Assembly (NCBI GenBank): GCA_015056485.1
Contig: SVGD01000007.1
Coordinates: 12,425 to 76,424, forward strand
Source of the DNA: Clostridiales bacterium
Lineage (GTDB): Bacteria > Bacillota > Clostridia > TANB77 > CAG-508
DNA: 64,000 bases
Reading direction: 5' to 3'
The notes below the pieces were generated by a model. The model was not told the DNA's origin. It made no database searches and saw only the letters and a program-made list of their open reading frames with translations. The translations under genes were made by a program, and so were the position numbers. Position 1 is the stretch's first letter, and every line of letters begins with the position of its first letter. Below, in pieces: positions 46,679-56,750 of the stretch.

Positions 46679-46720
46679 TAGGCTAGTTTAGTTAATCTAT
46701 TCTAGCCTATATTATTTAAA
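46679..46720 (+). terminator. Intrinsic terminator ATAGGCTAG-(15)-CTAGCCTAT plus TATTATTT after the adhesin gene
   Basis: 9-bp stem directly after the stop. Confidence 0.55.
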
Positions 46721-46787
46721 CAAGAACTTTATAATGAAGTTTTTGTTTAAGTAATATAAATGTTTAAACAAAGTAAAGGTAATACAA

Positions 46788-47495
46788 ATGAAGAAAATTT
46801 TTGCAAGTAAGGAATATAAAGATTTTATAGAATTACTCGATATTAGTAGAGGAAGATATAAAAAAGAAGATGTATTTAAAGATTTAATAACAACAATGGC
46901 ATTAAAAATAAGCAATTCAATTAAATATGATGAGAAAAACGAGGAATATTGCTCTAAAATAATGGAAAAGTATAGTGAAGGAGAAGAAATCCAGTTTGTA
47001 ATATTAAGTTATAGATTAAGCAAAATCTATAATAAATGTACTGAAATAATAGATGTTTTAGGACATATATACACTGATATTTCACTAAATAAAAAGGGAT
47101 TAAAACAGGATTTTACACCACAAAATTTGGCAAATCTAATGGCTGAAATTCAAGTTAAATTAGGAAATGATAAAAAAACAATTAAAGAAAAAGGATTTGT
47201 TACTATTGAAGATAGTTGTTGTGGTTCAGGAGTTCTTTTGCTTGAAAGGGCAAATACTATGAAAAAGGAAGGTATTGACACAACATCTGAATTGCTTGTT
47301 ATTGCAAATGACATAGATCCTATATGTGCCTATATGACATATATTCAATTATATATTTATTCAATACCAGGAGTTGTTACAATTGGAAATCCATTACAAC
47401 TAGAAACAAAAGAAACTTTTTATACACATAAATTATTAGCAATAGATCTAAATTTTGAGCAGGGATATACTGAAGAAAAAGAGATAGAGGAGTAG
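46788..47495 (+). CDS. Short HsdM/N6-adenine-methyltransferase-like protein with degenerate catalytic motif (possible inactive MTase or antirestriction decoy)
   Basis: 'GLKQDFTPQNLANLMAEI' and 'TIEDSCCGSGVLLLE' match MTase motif X and motif I. Motif IV reads 'IGNPLQ' instead of NPPF/Y. Only 235 aa. Confidence 0.5.
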   Translation: MKKIFASKEYKDFIELLDISRGRYKKEDVFKDLITTMALKISNSIKYDEKNEEYCSKIMEKYSEGEEIQFVILSYRLSKIYNKCTEIIDVLGHIYTDISLNKKGLKQDFTPQNLANLMAEIQVKLGNDKKTIKEKGFVTIEDSCCGSGVLLLERANTMKKEGIDTTSELLVIANDIDPICAYMTYIQLYIYSIPGVVTIGNPLQLETKETFYTHKLLAIDLNFEQGYTEEKEIEE

Positions 47496-47499
47496 TAAT

Positions 47500-48507
47500 A
47501 TGGCAGATGTAAAACAAAAGAAAAAGAAGAAAAATGCAAAAGAAATAATTGAAGAAAACAGAAAAAAGATAGTAGAGCAACTCATTCAAAATATGGAAAA
47601 GGGATATATATTTTCAGAATGGGCTTGGAATAGAAATGCTTTTTTACCTCAAAATGCAATAACTGGCAAAATATATCAAGGAATAAATAGATTAAATTTA
47701 AGTTTAGTAGCAATAGCGAATAAATATGAAGATCCTAGATGGCTAACATATAAAAAGCTTGATGAATTAGGTTATAAATTAAAGGAAGGTTCAAAAGGTA
47801 TATTATGTGAAAAATGGCTGTGGGAAAGACGAGAAAAAGTGGTAAATAAAGAAACTGGCGAAATAGAAAAAGATGAAAACGGAAAAGATAAGTATCAAAT
47901 AATACAACTTGAAAGACCAATTATTAATTTTTTTTATTTATATAATGCTAGTCAAATAGAAGGAATACCACCATATATTGGAGCAAAAACATTAGAAAAA
48001 ACAGATATTTTAGATATTGCTGATAATTTCATTGTTTCATCAGAATGTCCGATAGAAGAGAAATTTCAAGAAAGTGCTTATTATAGTCCAATTGATGACA
48101 AAATAACACTTCCTCCAAGAAAGTTTTTCAAATCTGATGAAGCTTTTTTAGGAACATTGTTACACGAAATGAGCCACTCTACAGGCAATGAAAATAGACT
48201 TAATAGAGATATAAAAAATACATTTGGTACAGAAAAATATGCGATAGAAGAATTAACTGCAGAACTTTCTTGTGTTTTTTTAGAAGCAGAATTGGACAAA
48301 GATATAGACTTTTCAAGGCAAGACCATATTAACTATTTTAATTCTTGGATTCAAGTATTAAAAAATGATCCAAATGAATTATATAAAGTTTGTGCAAATG
48401 CAAGTAAAAGTTGTAATAGATTGATGGGAAACTTTGAAAAAGTAAGGAATATAGAAAATATTCAAATGCTTGTAGATGAAGAAAATGAAATTGATGAAGC
48501 AATATAG
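47500..48507 (+). CDS. ardC: ArdC-like antirestriction protein (ssDNA-binding N-domain plus zincin HExxH domain)
   Basis: 'KIYQGINRLNLSLVAIANKYEDPRWLTYKKLDELGYKLKEGSKG' matches the ArdC-N/DUF1738 pattern (Y.GiN...dPrW.Ty.Q....G..v.kGekg). 'LLHEMSHSTGN' is an HExxH metallopeptidase motif. Confidence 0.8.
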   Translation: MADVKQKKKKKNAKEIIEENRKKIVEQLIQNMEKGYIFSEWAWNRNAFLPQNAITGKIYQGINRLNLSLVAIANKYEDPRWLTYKKLDELGYKLKEGSKGILCEKWLWERREKVVNKETGEIEKDENGKDKYQIIQLERPIINFFYLYNASQIEGIPPYIGAKTLEKTDILDIADNFIVSSECPIEEKFQESAYYSPIDDKITLPPRKFFKSDEAFLGTLLHEMSHSTGNENRLNRDIKNTFGTEKYAIEELTAELSCVFLEAELDKDIDFSRQDHINYFNSWIQVLKNDPNELYKVCANASKSCNRLMGNFEKVRNIENIQMLVDEENEIDEAI

Positions 48508-48522
48508 AAAAGAGGTAATTAA

Positions 48523-49647
48523 ATGGAGGCCTATGGAAATGTTGTAGAAACACCAGTATATAATCAAATAGAAGAAACAAATGAGATATATTTTTCAATT
48601 AAAGTAAAAACAATAAATCAAGAAATAATTAAATTCGCATTGGCAAGTTCAGTAGATAATGATTATGAGAAATATGAATTAGGCAGGCCAATCTATGCTT
48701 CAGTGATAGAAAATGAATTTGGATTGAAAATAGCAAATGAAATTAAATTTCTATCACAAAGAGATTTAATAGATGAAGCTTTAAAAAAATACAATAATAA
48801 AGAAATAAATTTAGAACAATATATTCAAGTATGTAAAGATAACAAAACGTATTTATCAGAAGATATAAAAAGAGAAGAAGTAGAAGAAATAGAATATGAA
48901 CGAAATATTACACGAAAGCCACTTATGAATCAAAAATATAAAGCAAAAGGCGAAATTATAAAAGGATATTCAGAAAATGAGCTTTATGAAATAATAGAAA
49001 ATTATTTAAAAGAAGTGTTGGAATTAAACGATATTGATACAGATATAGTGAATTTTCAGATAATTGGTTCTCGAAATAAGGGAGTTGCAAAAGCAAATTC
49101 AGATTTAGATGTATTAATTGAGTACAATAATGATTGTATAAGTGAAGATAGCTTTTTTGATATACTTAATAACGAAGAAGATAAGCTGATTATAGCTGAT
49201 ATAGAAGTAGATTTTAATCCAATCACATCATCTAAATCAGGAACATTAGAGGAATGGTTAGAAAGAAATTATAATTTTGATAAGTATAAAGAAAATATGA
49301 AAGAATATGCAAGGTATATAATTAACTCTTTAAAAGAAAAATTTAAAGATGAAATTAGTTATGTCTATAAAATTACTTTTCTTAAAGATAATAAAACAGA
49401 TAGATATACTGTTTCTTTAGCAATAGATATAGATAATAATGGAAGTAAAAATCAAATTAATTTCATTTCTGCTGATAAATTTTATAAATTGAATCATAAT
49501 GAACAGGTAAAATATATTGGGAATTTTTATAATGCTTCTATATTAGGGAAAAAGAAAGAAGATTTTGGATATGATGAAGCAAAAAAAGATTTTTTATTGA
49601 TGTGTGATTTTAATTACGCCAGAGATAAAGAAGAGGAGGAATTATAA
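48523..49647 (+). CDS. Nucleotidyltransferase-fold protein (pol-beta superfamily)
   Basis: 'FQIIGSRNKGVAKANSDLDVLIEY' matches the hG[GS]x9-13Dh[DE]h signature. Confidence 0.55.
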   Translation: MEAYGNVVETPVYNQIEETNEIYFSIKVKTINQEIIKFALASSVDNDYEKYELGRPIYASVIENEFGLKIANEIKFLSQRDLIDEALKKYNNKEINLEQYIQVCKDNKTYLSEDIKREEVEEIEYERNITRKPLMNQKYKAKGEIIKGYSENELYEIIENYLKEVLELNDIDTDIVNFQIIGSRNKGVAKANSDLDVLIEYNNDCISEDSFFDILNNEEDKLIIADIEVDFNPITSSKSGTLEEWLERNYNFDKYKENMKEYARYIINSLKEKFKDEISYVYKITFLKDNKTDRYTVSLAIDIDNNGSKNQINFISADKFYKLNHNEQVKYIGNFYNASILGKKKEDFGYDEAKKDFLLMCDFNYARDKEEEEL

Positions 49648-50658
49648 ATGAAAAATATAAATAAGGAAAGTATAAAGCTTCTTTTTAACGAAGGAATAAA
49701 TTTTCTACAATTTCAAATTGAATTACTTGCAGAAAATAATGACAATTTAAAAAATTATACATATATGCAGTATATTGAAAAAAATACTCCACTGATAGCA
49801 AGTGAATCTATTTCGAAGATATTACATAAAGAAGAGTTCTCACAAAAAGTTAAAAAGTTGGCCGACACATTTACTAATATAAAAGAGTATATGCAGTTAA
49901 AAGAAAAAGAAATAAAAAACAACAAACTATGTGGAATAAAAGAATTACAAGATATTTTTACAGATTATACAGATATGTTATTTAACAATTTAGAGAATTT
50001 TGATTTACACGAAAGCTTTGAAGGGTGGACAGAAGATGGAACAATTTATAATACCAGAGCTGATGATAATATAATTTCTTCTCATACAGCAGGAGTAGAA
50101 ACACTATTATTAAATCACTTTTCAGAAGATTTAGACAAGTTTACTTGGGAACTTGCAGATTTGTTAGAGGAGTTTCTGGAATTAACAATTGAAAAAATTA
50201 AATTGATATATAAATATGAAGAGAATGGCAATTATTATTATGAAGATGAAAACGAGAAATTATATTGTGAAAATGGCAACCACAATATAGGAGAAGTATG
50301 TTTATGGCATTGTACGAAGGATTATGGAGAACCTATATGCGAGGTTAAAAATTTAGATAAGTATGAATTAGTTAATAATCCAAAAGATGATCCTAACTTT
50401 GAGAAAAAACAAGCTAACAAATTTGACTATATGATGTTAGGTAGATTACAGTCAGATTGTGATTATTTTTTAGGTTGTGGTAATGGATCTCTTAATTCTC
50501 TTTATTATCACAATGTTGACAGGCATATAGAAGAAATGAAAAAAATATATAATTCTTTTTCAAAAGAAGAAAAACCTGAATGGATAAGTTTAGAAGAAAT
50601 AGACAGCTATCAAGAAAAAATGAATAAAATGTTAGAAAAAGATGAAGAAGAGATATAA
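49648..50658 (+). CDS. Hypothetical Cys-rich acidic protein
   Basis: 336-aa ORF translationally coupled (TAAATG). Confidence 0.45.
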   Translation: MKNINKESIKLLFNEGINFLQFQIELLAENNDNLKNYTYMQYIEKNTPLIASESISKILHKEEFSQKVKKLADTFTNIKEYMQLKEKEIKNNKLCGIKELQDIFTDYTDMLFNNLENFDLHESFEGWTEDGTIYNTRADDNIISSHTAGVETLLLNHFSEDLDKFTWELADLLEEFLELTIEKIKLIYKYEENGNYYYEDENEKLYCENGNHNIGEVCLWHCTKDYGEPICEVKNLDKYELVNNPKDDPNFEKKQANKFDYMMLGRLQSDCDYFLGCGNGSLNSLYYHNVDRHIEEMKKIYNSFSKEEKPEWISLEEIDSYQEKMNKMLEKDEEEI

Positions 50659-50673
50659 AAAAGGAGAAAAGAA

Positions 50674-51786
50674 ATGACTAGGAGAAAAATATATTTTTTT
50701 GATTCAAAAACTAAAAAATTATATTCAACGCCAGAATTTAATGGAGATAAAAATGAATTTGGATTTTTTAGAAAAAGAGGAGATTCTTGTGATAAAAATT
50801 TTGATGAAATTTTAAAAGAATTTGATAATATTAAAACACTAGAAGAGTTTAAAAAAGCTTCTAACAAAGCACAAAGTTATTATCATTCTGGATTTGGAAG
50901 TGATTCAATTCTATCAATAGAAGAAACGAGTAAAGTAACATATAATGATGAAATTTATTTGATTGATAAAGAAGGAAAGCCTTTTCTTTATAATCCACAG
51001 GAATTAAAAAGAGAAAATATTCTTAATATGTGTAACATAGGGAAGTTCATATACAAGGATTTCACAGCAAGCATAAGTAAAATAAAACATTCAGAAAAAA
51101 ATTATGATATTTATATTTTAAATATAGAACCTATTGAAAATATTTATTCAGGATTAGAATTGTATTTAGGAGATTTTGCTAATGATGAAAAAAATAAAAA
51201 TTGGGGTTATAAATTTAATGAAAATATAAATACACTTATTAGAAAACTTGAAGTTTGTAAACAAAACTTAAATAGAAAACCTGTGAAAGTAGAATTGGTA
51301 GATTTATTTAATGTTGAATATAGAATTTGCTTTAAAGATGAAAATGGTAAATTATATGGAGTTTCAAATGGTGGAGATTGTATATTTTTAACAACAATAG
51401 ATAAAAAAGGAAATGAAGAAAGCAAATATTATGACTTTAAAGATCCAATAAAATGGGAAGATAAAAATATATATTCAATATTTTTAGAATCTCATAATGA
51501 TATAGGTTATGAAACAAAACATTTTGATATTCCAAGAATCAAAATGGCATACAAAATAAATTCTTATATTACACAAAAAGAAGATATTTTATATAGTGAA
51601 ACAATAAATAAAAATCTTAATGACATATATGCTGATATTTACAATGTAAAAAGTATAGAAGAAAATTTCTTTAAAGTATATGAAAATGAAAGAGATATTA
51701 AAGAATTGAGAAATGAGTATTATAAATTATTAAATGATACTATGGGAATTGATATTGAAAAAGAAGAAGAGGAGAATGAAATATGA
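50674..51786 (+). CDS. Hypothetical protein
   Basis: 370-aa ORF with RBS AAGGAGAAAAG upstream. Confidence 0.45.
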   Translation: MTRRKIYFFDSKTKKLYSTPEFNGDKNEFGFFRKRGDSCDKNFDEILKEFDNIKTLEEFKKASNKAQSYYHSGFGSDSILSIEETSKVTYNDEIYLIDKEGKPFLYNPQELKRENILNMCNIGKFIYKDFTASISKIKHSEKNYDIYILNIEPIENIYSGLELYLGDFANDEKNKNWGYKFNENINTLIRKLEVCKQNLNRKPVKVELVDLFNVEYRICFKDENGKLYGVSNGGDCIFLTTIDKKGNEESKYYDFKDPIKWEDKNIYSIFLESHNDIGYETKHFDIPRIKMAYKINSYITQKEDILYSETINKNLNDIYADIYNVKSIEENFFKVYENERDIKELRNEYYKLLNDTMGIDIEKEEEENEI

Positions 51787-52007
51787 CAGTATATCAATTG
51801 AATAGAGATGAATTAAGAGAATTAAAGCAAAGACATTATTCTAAAGAACATACAAATTTAAGCTATTATGAAATTGTTTCGATTGATACTTTAGTTACAG
51901 ATGAAGAAATCTATAAAGAATATGGAGATACAATATTTACAACAGAAGATTTTTTCTGTAATTCAAATGATGAAAAAAGAAAAGATGAGGAAGAAAATGA
52001 AATATAA
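51783..52007 (+). CDS. Hypothetical small protein
   Basis: 74-aa ORF with overlapping start/stop. Confidence 0.4.
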   Translation: MTVYQLNRDELRELKQRHYSKEHTNLSYYEIVSIDTLVTDEEIYKEYGDTIFTTEDFFCNSNDEKRKDEEENEI

Positions 52008-52350
52008 ATATATACACTGGCTAAAAATAGACCTTTCAAATGAAACAGAAAATGGAATAGAATGGAGCAACTTAAAAAAATACAAAGAAAACTATGATTG
52101 TAATATAGAAGTATATTATTATGAAAGTAATCCTTTTACTATGAAAGCAATAAAACTTGAATGTAATCAAAGTTACCAGGATTTAGATTTAGATGTTAAT
52201 TCTTCATTTGATGGTAGTTTGATAAGACTAAATAATAAACCTAAAAATATAGAGCCATACAATAAACCAATAGAACAATTCTTTGAAAGATACATAAGAG
52301 TTCATAATAATTTGGGTATAGACGAAGAAAATGAGGAGGAAACACTATGA
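51994..52350 (+). CDS. Hypothetical protein (start at ATG after RBS GAGGAAG; track lists 51901)
   Basis: ORF begins MKYKYIHWLKIDL. Confidence 0.4.
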   Translation, partial: KMKYKYIHWLKIDLSNETENGIEWSNLKKYKENYDCNIEVYYYESNPFTMKAIKLECNQSYQDLDLDVNSSFDGSLIRLNNKPKNIEPYNKPIEQFFERYIRVHNNLGIDEENEEETL

Positions 52351-53297
52351 GAAGTAAAACATATAAATATGATGGAACTGATGAATTTCCTAAAAAAATT
52401 AAAACATCAGATGGTTATATTTTATCAAAATTAAATGATGGATTATATAACAATGCTTTTTTACCTGAATATATTAATGAAAGAGGAGATATTTGTGTAA
52501 TTCCAGATGTTGAAAAATATAGGGTTGTAGAAGAAAATGAATATAGATTTTATATTTATGATTTTTTAATTGGCCAACAGTTATTGACAGTAGATACAAT
52601 AAAAAACAGAACTAGAATAGATTGTTTTAATATATATGGACAATGTTCTACTTTAGGGGAAAAATGGGATAAAGTAACAAAAGCAACTATAAATAAAGCT
52701 TTAAATCGTATTGGTTATTGTATTGATAAATATATAGAAGAGCATTTTACAGACCGAGAAAAAATCTTAAAGGATAAAGTTTTATTCAAGTCAAATGACT
52801 ATAATGAGTGTATAAAATTTTTAGCTGATTACGGAGAAAAAAATCATAATTATACTAAATATACAAGCGAAGAATATGAAAAAAGATATAAAGGATATTA
52901 TAAAAAATACTTAGATATTCCAGAAAATAAAATTGGAGAAATATTAGAAGATGGTACTGTAAAAAAAGAATATTTTCAGGAAGGACATATCTATAAAAAC
53001 ATCTGTAATTTTTATAGACAAGATGGTATTTGCTATATTTCAGAATATCAAGCAGATAAAATCAATAAAAAAAGCAAACCAGGAGAAGATTATGAAACAT
53101 ATCAAACCATTTTTGAAAAGGTAAAAGAAAAATATGAAGAAAGAGGTATTAATTCAGAAAAATATAAGCTTGAAGATTTTGTAGAAACTATATTTAATGA
53201 TCTAAATTGGCAATCTGTCGAAGCATTAACAATAGATTCAATTGACGCATTAGATGATGAATATTTTTTGGATTATGAAGAAAGAGAAAATGAATAA
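52347..53297 (+). CDS. Hypothetical protein
   Basis: 316-aa ORF. Confidence 0.45.
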   Translation: MRSKTYKYDGTDEFPKKIKTSDGYILSKLNDGLYNNAFLPEYINERGDICVIPDVEKYRVVEENEYRFYIYDFLIGQQLLTVDTIKNRTRIDCFNIYGQCSTLGEKWDKVTKATINKALNRIGYCIDKYIEEHFTDREKILKDKVLFKSNDYNECIKFLADYGEKNHNYTKYTSEEYEKRYKGYYKKYLDIPENKIGEILEDGTVKKEYFQEGHIYKNICNFYRQDGICYISEYQADKINKKSKPGEDYETYQTIFEKVKEKYEERGINSEKYKLEDFVETIFNDLNWQSVEALTIDSIDALDDEYFLDYEERENE

Positions 53298-53311
53298 AAA
53301 GGAGATTTTAA

Positions 53312-53638
53312 ATGGACTTAATAGAAATGAATTTACAAAAACAAATTGATAAACTAAAAAACGAAATTCAAAATTGTGATTTTGACGAGTTTGATAATTT
53401 AATACAAAAATATAATTTATTTAATAATGTAAAAAATTCATACACAGAAGAGCTAATTGACTCTGATAGATATAAAAAGATATTAGAAGAAGATGAAGAA
53501 TTGCTTGATAAAATTTATAAAGAGTTTTCTGGATTAAATATGTACTCATTACCTGAAACTTTTGACGAAGTTATATTGGAAGAATTTTTAAACAAATTAA
53601 ATAATTCAAATATGCTTGAAGAAAAAGAAGAGATATAG
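53312..53638 (+). CDS. Hypothetical small acidic protein
   Basis: 108-aa ORF. Confidence 0.4.
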   Translation: MDLIEMNLQKQIDKLKNEIQNCDFDEFDNLIQKYNLFNNVKNSYTEELIDSDRYKKILEEDEELLDKIYKEFSGLNMYSLPETFDEVILEEFLNKLNNSNMLEEKEEI

Positions 53639-53659
53639 GCTGTTGAGGGAGGACTTGAT

Positions 53660-53872
53660 ATGAAAAGAAGTAAAGTTAATTTAAAAGAAAGAATTGAAGA
53701 GAATTTAATGGCATTGGATTTTGATACTCAAAGAATGAGTGAAAGTGGAAATATTGCATATAGAGAACTAAGAAATATAGTAATAGATTTATATAATAAT
53801 AATTTAGAATTAAAAGAAAAAGTTAAACAATATGAAGAAAAATTAAAAGAACAGGAGGAAAAACAATTATGA
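53660..53872 (+). CDS. Hypothetical small coiled-coil protein
   Basis: 70-aa ORF with RBS GGGAGGA upstream. Confidence 0.4.
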   Translation: MKRSKVNLKERIEENLMALDFDTQRMSESGNIAYRELRNIVIDLYNNNLELKEKVKQYEEKLKEQEEKQL

Positions 53873-54666
53873 GTTTTGAAATTGTTAAAGGAATATCAAT
53901 AAAAAAAGGTAAAGTTTTTACTAGAATGTGTAGTAATAATGTTTATCCCTATGAGTTTAAAAGTGAAGAAAATAAATATTTAACGCAAGTTTTAAAAGAA
54001 AATGGATTACTATCGTTATATAAATTACTTGTCGAAGGTGGGCTTGAAGGAAATTTACATTTTCGTAGAAGTAGTGGAAGTCGAATAGTTAAACATTTGG
54101 ATTATGCAGTAAAATCGTTAGAAAAAGATAAAGAATATATTTCGTTAAGGAATAAAGTTTTAGAACTTGAAAATAAACTTTGGGGATTTAAAGAAGAATG
54201 TAAAGAAAAAGAACAATTAAATAAGGAGATAGATAGTTTTAGAGATAGATTAAATAAATATATAGATTTTAAAGTCAGAGAACTTTTTGATTCAAAAATA
54301 AAAGTACCGAGTTCTATAGAAAAAGAATTAGAAAATGTTTTGGAAATGTATGAAGAAAATTTAGAAAATGATGAAGGAGATGTTTTTTCTAGCTCTAAAA
54401 GTAGTTATGCAAATGAAATGCTATCTCAAAATATTTTTGATGTATTAAGCAAAGAAAATGTTGAAAAGATTATGGCATTAAATAATAATTTATATATTGT
54501 TTTAGACTTGAGTTATGCAAATAAAACTTATGATGAAGTATTAAATGAAATTACTGATAAACTAATCGAAAAATTTGAATATTATATAGAGAGTTTAGAA
54601 GATTTTATAAATGTAGTTAAAGAAGAAAATGAAATGGAGGAAAGGAATGAATATTCAATTTCATAA
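53869..54666 (+). CDS. Hypothetical protein
   Basis: 265-aa ORF. Confidence 0.45.
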   Translation: MSFEIVKGISIKKGKVFTRMCSNNVYPYEFKSEENKYLTQVLKENGLLSLYKLLVEGGLEGNLHFRRSSGSRIVKHLDYAVKSLEKDKEYISLRNKVLELENKLWGFKEECKEKEQLNKEIDSFRDRLNKYIDFKVRELFDSKIKVPSSIEKELENVLEMYEENLENDEGDVFSSSKSSYANEMLSQNIFDVLSKENVEKIMALNNNLYIVLDLSYANKTYDEVLNEITDKLIEKFEYYIESLEDFINVVKEENEMEERNEYSIS

Positions 54667-55129
54667 AAATCAATTAAATAATTTATTACTCCAGTTTAAT
54701 GTTGATGATATTTCAATAGAACGAATAGAACTTTTCTTTGAAAACTATACAATAGAAACAAAAGATATGCTTTACTATTATGAATTAATGCTAAATACAA
54801 ATAATGGTGCAGGATTGATGTTTTTAAAAGAAAAATATCAAGATAATTTCATTATAGAAGAATTAATAGATACTAAGATCAAGTATATTGATTTGAGAAT
54901 GAAGGAATACCAAGAAAGATATTTTAAATTCTGCAATATCTTTGTGGGATTTTATGGAACTGACAACAAAGATTTTACCGAAGAGATAGAAAAAATGACA
55001 AACAAAAATAGAAGAAATAAATTTGTTGAAGATAACCTTAATGATATAAATAAATATACTCAACAATATGAAGAACAAGTGAAATTATACAAAGAAGAGC
55101 AAATGCAAAAAGAAGAAAACGAACTATAA
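54647..55129 (+). CDS. Hypothetical protein (start at ATG after RBS GGAGGAAAGG; track lists 54629)
   Basis: ORF begins MNIQFHKNQ... Confidence 0.4.
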   Translation: MNIQFHKNQLNNLLLQFNVDDISIERIELFFENYTIETKDMLYYYELMLNTNNGAGLMFLKEKYQDNFIIEELIDTKIKYIDLRMKEYQERYFKFCNIFVGFYGTDNKDFTEEIEKMTNKNRRNKFVEDNLNDINKYTQQYEEQVKLYKEEQMQKEENEL

Positions 55130-55201
55130 CAATAAGCTAAAAGAAACGGCTTACGGATTATTAAAAAATTTGTCGAAAAATAATATACTGATACTAACTA
55201 T

Positions 55202-55579
55202 ATGTGGAAAGGTCGTAAAAATATGGAAGTAGCAGTAAATTATAATAAAATAGGGGACAAAATTAGAGAAAGAAGAATGTTTTTAAAGATGACACAAGAA
55301 AAATTGGCTAATGAAATAGACGTTTCAGCGTCTTTTATTTCTGATATAGAAAATGGAAGAAGAAAAATGAGTTTAGAAACTATGATAAAAATATCAATTG
55401 TTTTAAAAACAAGTTTAGATTATTTTATATTAGATAATATAAATAGTGTCAAAATAAAAAATGAAATAAAAATAGAACAATTAAAAAATTTGTTACAGCC
55501 AATTGATGAAAAAGAACAATCAACATTCTTAGATTTTACAATTAATTCAGCACGATATTTAGCAAGTCGAAAAAGATAA
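55202..55579 (+). CDS. XRE-family HTH transcriptional regulator abutting cassette copy 5
   Basis: 'MTQEKLANEIDVSASFISDIENGRRKMSLETMIKISIVLKTSLDYFI' is an HTH_3 motif. The stop codon overlaps the first bases of the cassette. Confidence 0.8.
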   Translation: MWKGRKNMEVAVNYNKIGDKIRERRMFLKMTQEKLANEIDVSASFISDIENGRRKMSLETMIKISIVLKTSLDYFILDNINSVKIKNEIKIEQLKNLLQPIDEKEQSTFLDFTINSARYLASRKR

Positions 55580-55698
55580 ACATAATATTTTGCAAAAAGT
55601 TTGCAAAATACTGCAGTATACACTCAAATTTTAATGTGTTAATATTATATTATGAACGGATTAGAGAAAGGAATTTAACATTCTTTTCTCTTTTTTTG
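55577..55698 (+). promoter_or_regulatory. Regulatory cassette copy 5 (TAAACATAATATTTTGCAAAAAGTTTGCAAAATACTGCAG; TATACA 55617-22; TGtTAATAT 55637-45; leaderless mini-ORF MNGLEKGI; hairpin AGAGAAAGGAAT-ttaac-ATTCTTTTCTCT plus T7)
   Basis: Same family as copy 1. 12-bp stem with one G-U pair. Confidence 0.6.
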
Positions 55699-55721
55699 TA
55701 AAAATTTTAGGAGGTAAAAAT

Positions 55722-56342
55722 ATGAGTATTAAAGTTAAATCATTAGGATTAGTGAAAAATGAAGAAATCGAAATAAAGGCAGTAGCTTCAATTGAAGCAA
55801 ATGGAATGAAAATTGATGGAATTAAAATTAATGAGAGTGAAAATGGTAATTATTATTTACAGTTTCCAGAAAGAAAATTCAAAAAGAAAAATACAGATGA
55901 ATTGATTACAACAAGATTAATGTATGTAGATAATGACCTATTTAGAAAAATAAGTGATGTTTTAATAAGTAAATATCAAGAAAAGAAGGAAAATGGAAAT
56001 TTTGAAGTTTCTGAAATAGAAACAGAAAAACAAGATGTTGTTGTAACACAATCAAATCCTTTAAAGGATCAAAGCAGAAAAACAAAAGCAATGGTAAGTA
56101 TAGACGTAAACGGAATACATCTAAAAGATATTAGATTAAATGAAAGTAATGATGGAAATTTATATTTACAATTCCCTAATAGAAAAAATAAAGACGAAGA
56201 ATATGTAGATATGTTTTATCCTACAACATCAGAATTAAGAAAACAATTAACTGAAGAAGCTATAAGCATTTATCAAGAAAAATTGCTAGCAAAAGAATTT
56301 GATGAATCAGCACAAGAACAAGAGGAAGGAGAAAGAGAATAA
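55722..56342 (+). CDS. Tandem SpoVG-domain protein (two SpoVG-like repeats)
   Basis: 'IEIKAVASIEANGMKIDGIKINESENGNYYLQFPERKF...' and 'KAMVSIDVNGIHLKDIRLNESNDGNLYLQFPNRKNK...' each match the SpoVG fold pattern (IkAvasItld..f.ihdirv....nG.fvamPsrk). Confidence 0.65.
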   Translation: MSIKVKSLGLVKNEEIEIKAVASIEANGMKIDGIKINESENGNYYLQFPERKFKKKNTDELITTRLMYVDNDLFRKISDVLISKYQEKKENGNFEVSEIETEKQDVVVTQSNPLKDQSRKTKAMVSIDVNGIHLKDIRLNESNDGNLYLQFPNRKNKDEEYVDMFYPTTSELRKQLTEEAISIYQEKLLAKEFDESAQEQEEGERE

Positions 56343-56343
56343 A

Positions 56344-56748
56344 ATGACAAATGCAGTTAAACTAAATAAAGATGTAAAGAAACATTTGAAGAAAATATAT
56401 ATGAAAGGAAATTTCTCTGATGTCAAAATAAAGGATAAAGAAAGCGAAAGTTGGAATTGGAATAGTATTGGGATAACATTCAAATTTAAAAATGGAATAT
56501 TAGTAAATTTTTGGCTTACAGGAAACACTTTGAAATATACTGTTTTTAGTGTTATACAACCAATGGCTACTTGTAAAGAATATGTAATGTATAGTTATAA
56601 ATCAAGTGAAATAAATGAATTAGACGTGAATATGTTATATTCAGATATTATAAATAAAATAGATAAAATAATTAAACATACAAGATCAGCTGTAGATTGT
56701 ACAGCAATTGATTTTGAGAATATTGATAAAGCAATTGAGGAAATCTAA
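56344..56748 (+). CDS. Hypothetical protein (track start 56299)
   Basis: ATG directly after the stop of the SpoVG gene. Confidence 0.4.
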   Translation: MTNAVKLNKDVKKHLKKIYMKGNFSDVKIKDKESESWNWNSIGITFKFKNGILVNFWLTGNTLKYTVFSVIQPMATCKEYVMYSYKSSEINELDVNMLYSDIINKIDKIIKHTRSAVDCTAIDFENIDKAIEEI

Positions 56749-56750
56749 TT

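Noticed and set aside
46640-46720. Frameshift-truncated adhesin (missing TM tail after LPKTG)
   Set aside because: All three forward frames hit stops within 12 codons. A terminator hairpin follows immediately, so a simple indel cannot restore a hydrophobic tail. Left as an open question in findings.
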